Below, piece by piece: positions 63,009 to 64,000 of a stretch of DNA of 64,000 nt (position 1 is its first letter; each line of letters begins with the position of its first letter). The notes below the pieces were generated by a model. It saw only the letters and a program-made list of their open reading frames with translations, ran no database searches and was not told the DNA's origin. The stretch is from Thermoplasmata archaeon (GTDB lineage Archaea > Thermoplasmatota > Thermoplasmata > RBG-16-68-12 > JAGMCJ01). Both the position numbers and the translations under genes were made by a program. The stretch covers positions 74 through 64,073 of the forward strand of contig JBHIFJ010000007.1 in assembly GCA_046761045.1 (NCBI GenBank). Direction: 5' to 3'.

Positions 63009-63518
63009 ATGGGTCTACCCAAGGACATTCTGAGGTCCAGGGTGAGGAACGAGGTCCTCCTGTGTCAGAGGAGTTTCAGGCACGCCATCTCTGTGTCGGA
63101 TCCCACCCTGGAAACCTTCCCAATGCAGCTCAATGTCACTCTGGTGAAGACACCGGGTCCCATATGGAAGGATGGAAAGGTCCAGCACAGGTACACGCAC
63201 AAGTTGACCATCCTCATAACCGAGGAGTATCCATACGAGAAACCCATCGTCAAGTGGAGATCAGACATCTTCCATCCAAACATCATGCTTCCCGATGATG
63301 GCGGTTATGTGTGTACAAAGCTCCTGGATGATTGGAACTTCAACTCCACTCTACTCACATTCATCAAGGGACTGGAAACCTTGCTGACTAGCCCAAATCC
63401 CGCGAATCCGTTTGGAAGCGATTCCTGCACGCGGGCGGCTCAGCACTTCAACACGCGCGGCTACAATCCCCCCACCCTGATGGAGAGTTCCAAGCCAAAG
63501 CCGAGAGTTCTGGGATGA
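63009..63518 (+). CDS. E2 ubiquitin-conjugating (UBC) enzyme
   Basis: EYPYEKPIVKW..DIFHPNI......GYVCTKLLDDW....TL.....LETLLTSPNPANP, with canonical HPN and catalytic Cys. SD GGAGG. Confidence 0.93.
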   Translation: MGLPKDILRSRVRNEVLLCQRSFRHAISVSDPTLETFPMQLNVTLVKTPGPIWKDGKVQHRYTHKLTILITEEYPYEKPIVKWRSDIFHPNIMLPDDGGYVCTKLLDDWNFNSTLLTFIKGLETLLTSPNPANPFGSDSCTRAAQHFNTRGYNPPTLMESSKPKPRVLG

Positions 63519-63521
63519 CAG

Positions 63522-64000
63522 ATGAATCTTCCTCGTATCGTGAGAGAGAGCAAGAGGGCTCATGAAGAAAGGCCCCCACCTCCGACGGAGCGGACGAGAC
63601 CGCATTACTGGCTGGGAGAGGACAGGCGTAAGGAGATCGAAAGTCTCCTCGTAGGCGGTGGAGTCTTGCCTCTGTATATATCGAAGACCGCAGAGGCCAA
63701 GATGAGGAACCACAGCATTTCGTGTGGCGAAAGGAACCAGGAGGCCATGGGACTCCTGCTTGGTGATGTCTACGTTCACTCCAACGAGACCTATTCCATA
63801 GTTGAGGATGTGGTTACGACTCGTCTGAAGGCTTCGAGAGTTTCGGTGAGTTTCGAGAGGGACGGTCTCGAACAGCTGTTCGGACACCTGGATGATGTCC
63901 ATTTCGATTATGTCATAATCGGTTGGTACCATTCGCATCCGGGATACACGTGTTTCATGTCACCGAAGGACGTTGAGACTCAACGAGCAATGTTCCGGGA
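63522..64000 (+). CDS. JAMM/MPN+ metalloprotease (Rpn11-like deubiquitinase), truncated by window end, absent from the ORF track
   Basis: Translated by hand from ATG 63522: ...LYISKTAEAKMRNH...EAMGLLLG...IIGWYHSHPGYTCFMSPKDVETQRAMFR. Confidence 0.93.
   Translation, partial: MNLPRIVRESKRAHEERPPPPTERTRPHYWLGEDRRKEIESLLVGGGVLPLYISKTAEAKMRNHSISCGERNQEAMGLLLGDVYVHSNETYSIVEDVVTTRLKASRVSVSFERDGLEQLFGHLDDVHFDYVIIGWYHSHPGYTCFMSPKDVETQRAMFR

Overview
Archaeal chromosomal segment, most consistent with Thermoplasmata. This is inferred from a stand-alone 23S rRNA gene with no adjacent 16S/5S, archaeal-type AlaRS/LeuRS/PheRS/TrpRS, DnaG next to a protease-less Lon-like ATPase, GINS, and archaeal lipid genes. 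The first ~37 kb hold six large secreted or membrane-anchored surface proteins (kelch, Ig-like, FG-GAP, Asp-box, InlB-B-like repeats) interleaved with housekeeping genes. A 23S rRNA with a bulge-helix-bulge processing stem, tRNA-Lys(CTT) and core genes follow. The strongest signal is at the right edge: a compact E1 (ThiF) - ubiquitin-like modifier ending GG - E2 (HPN...C) - Rpn11-like JAMM gene cluster. It looks like a eukaryote-like ubiquitin conjugation/deconjugation system in a housekeeping context and is cut off by the window end. Other leads are a C-terminal module shared by the three surface proteins that lack a membrane anchor, an FtsZ homolog lacking the T7 loop and C-domain behind a double-RHH CdrS-like regulator, and a structured intergenic element upstream of a ZIP transporter. 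All calls come from motif recognition by eye; no searches were run.
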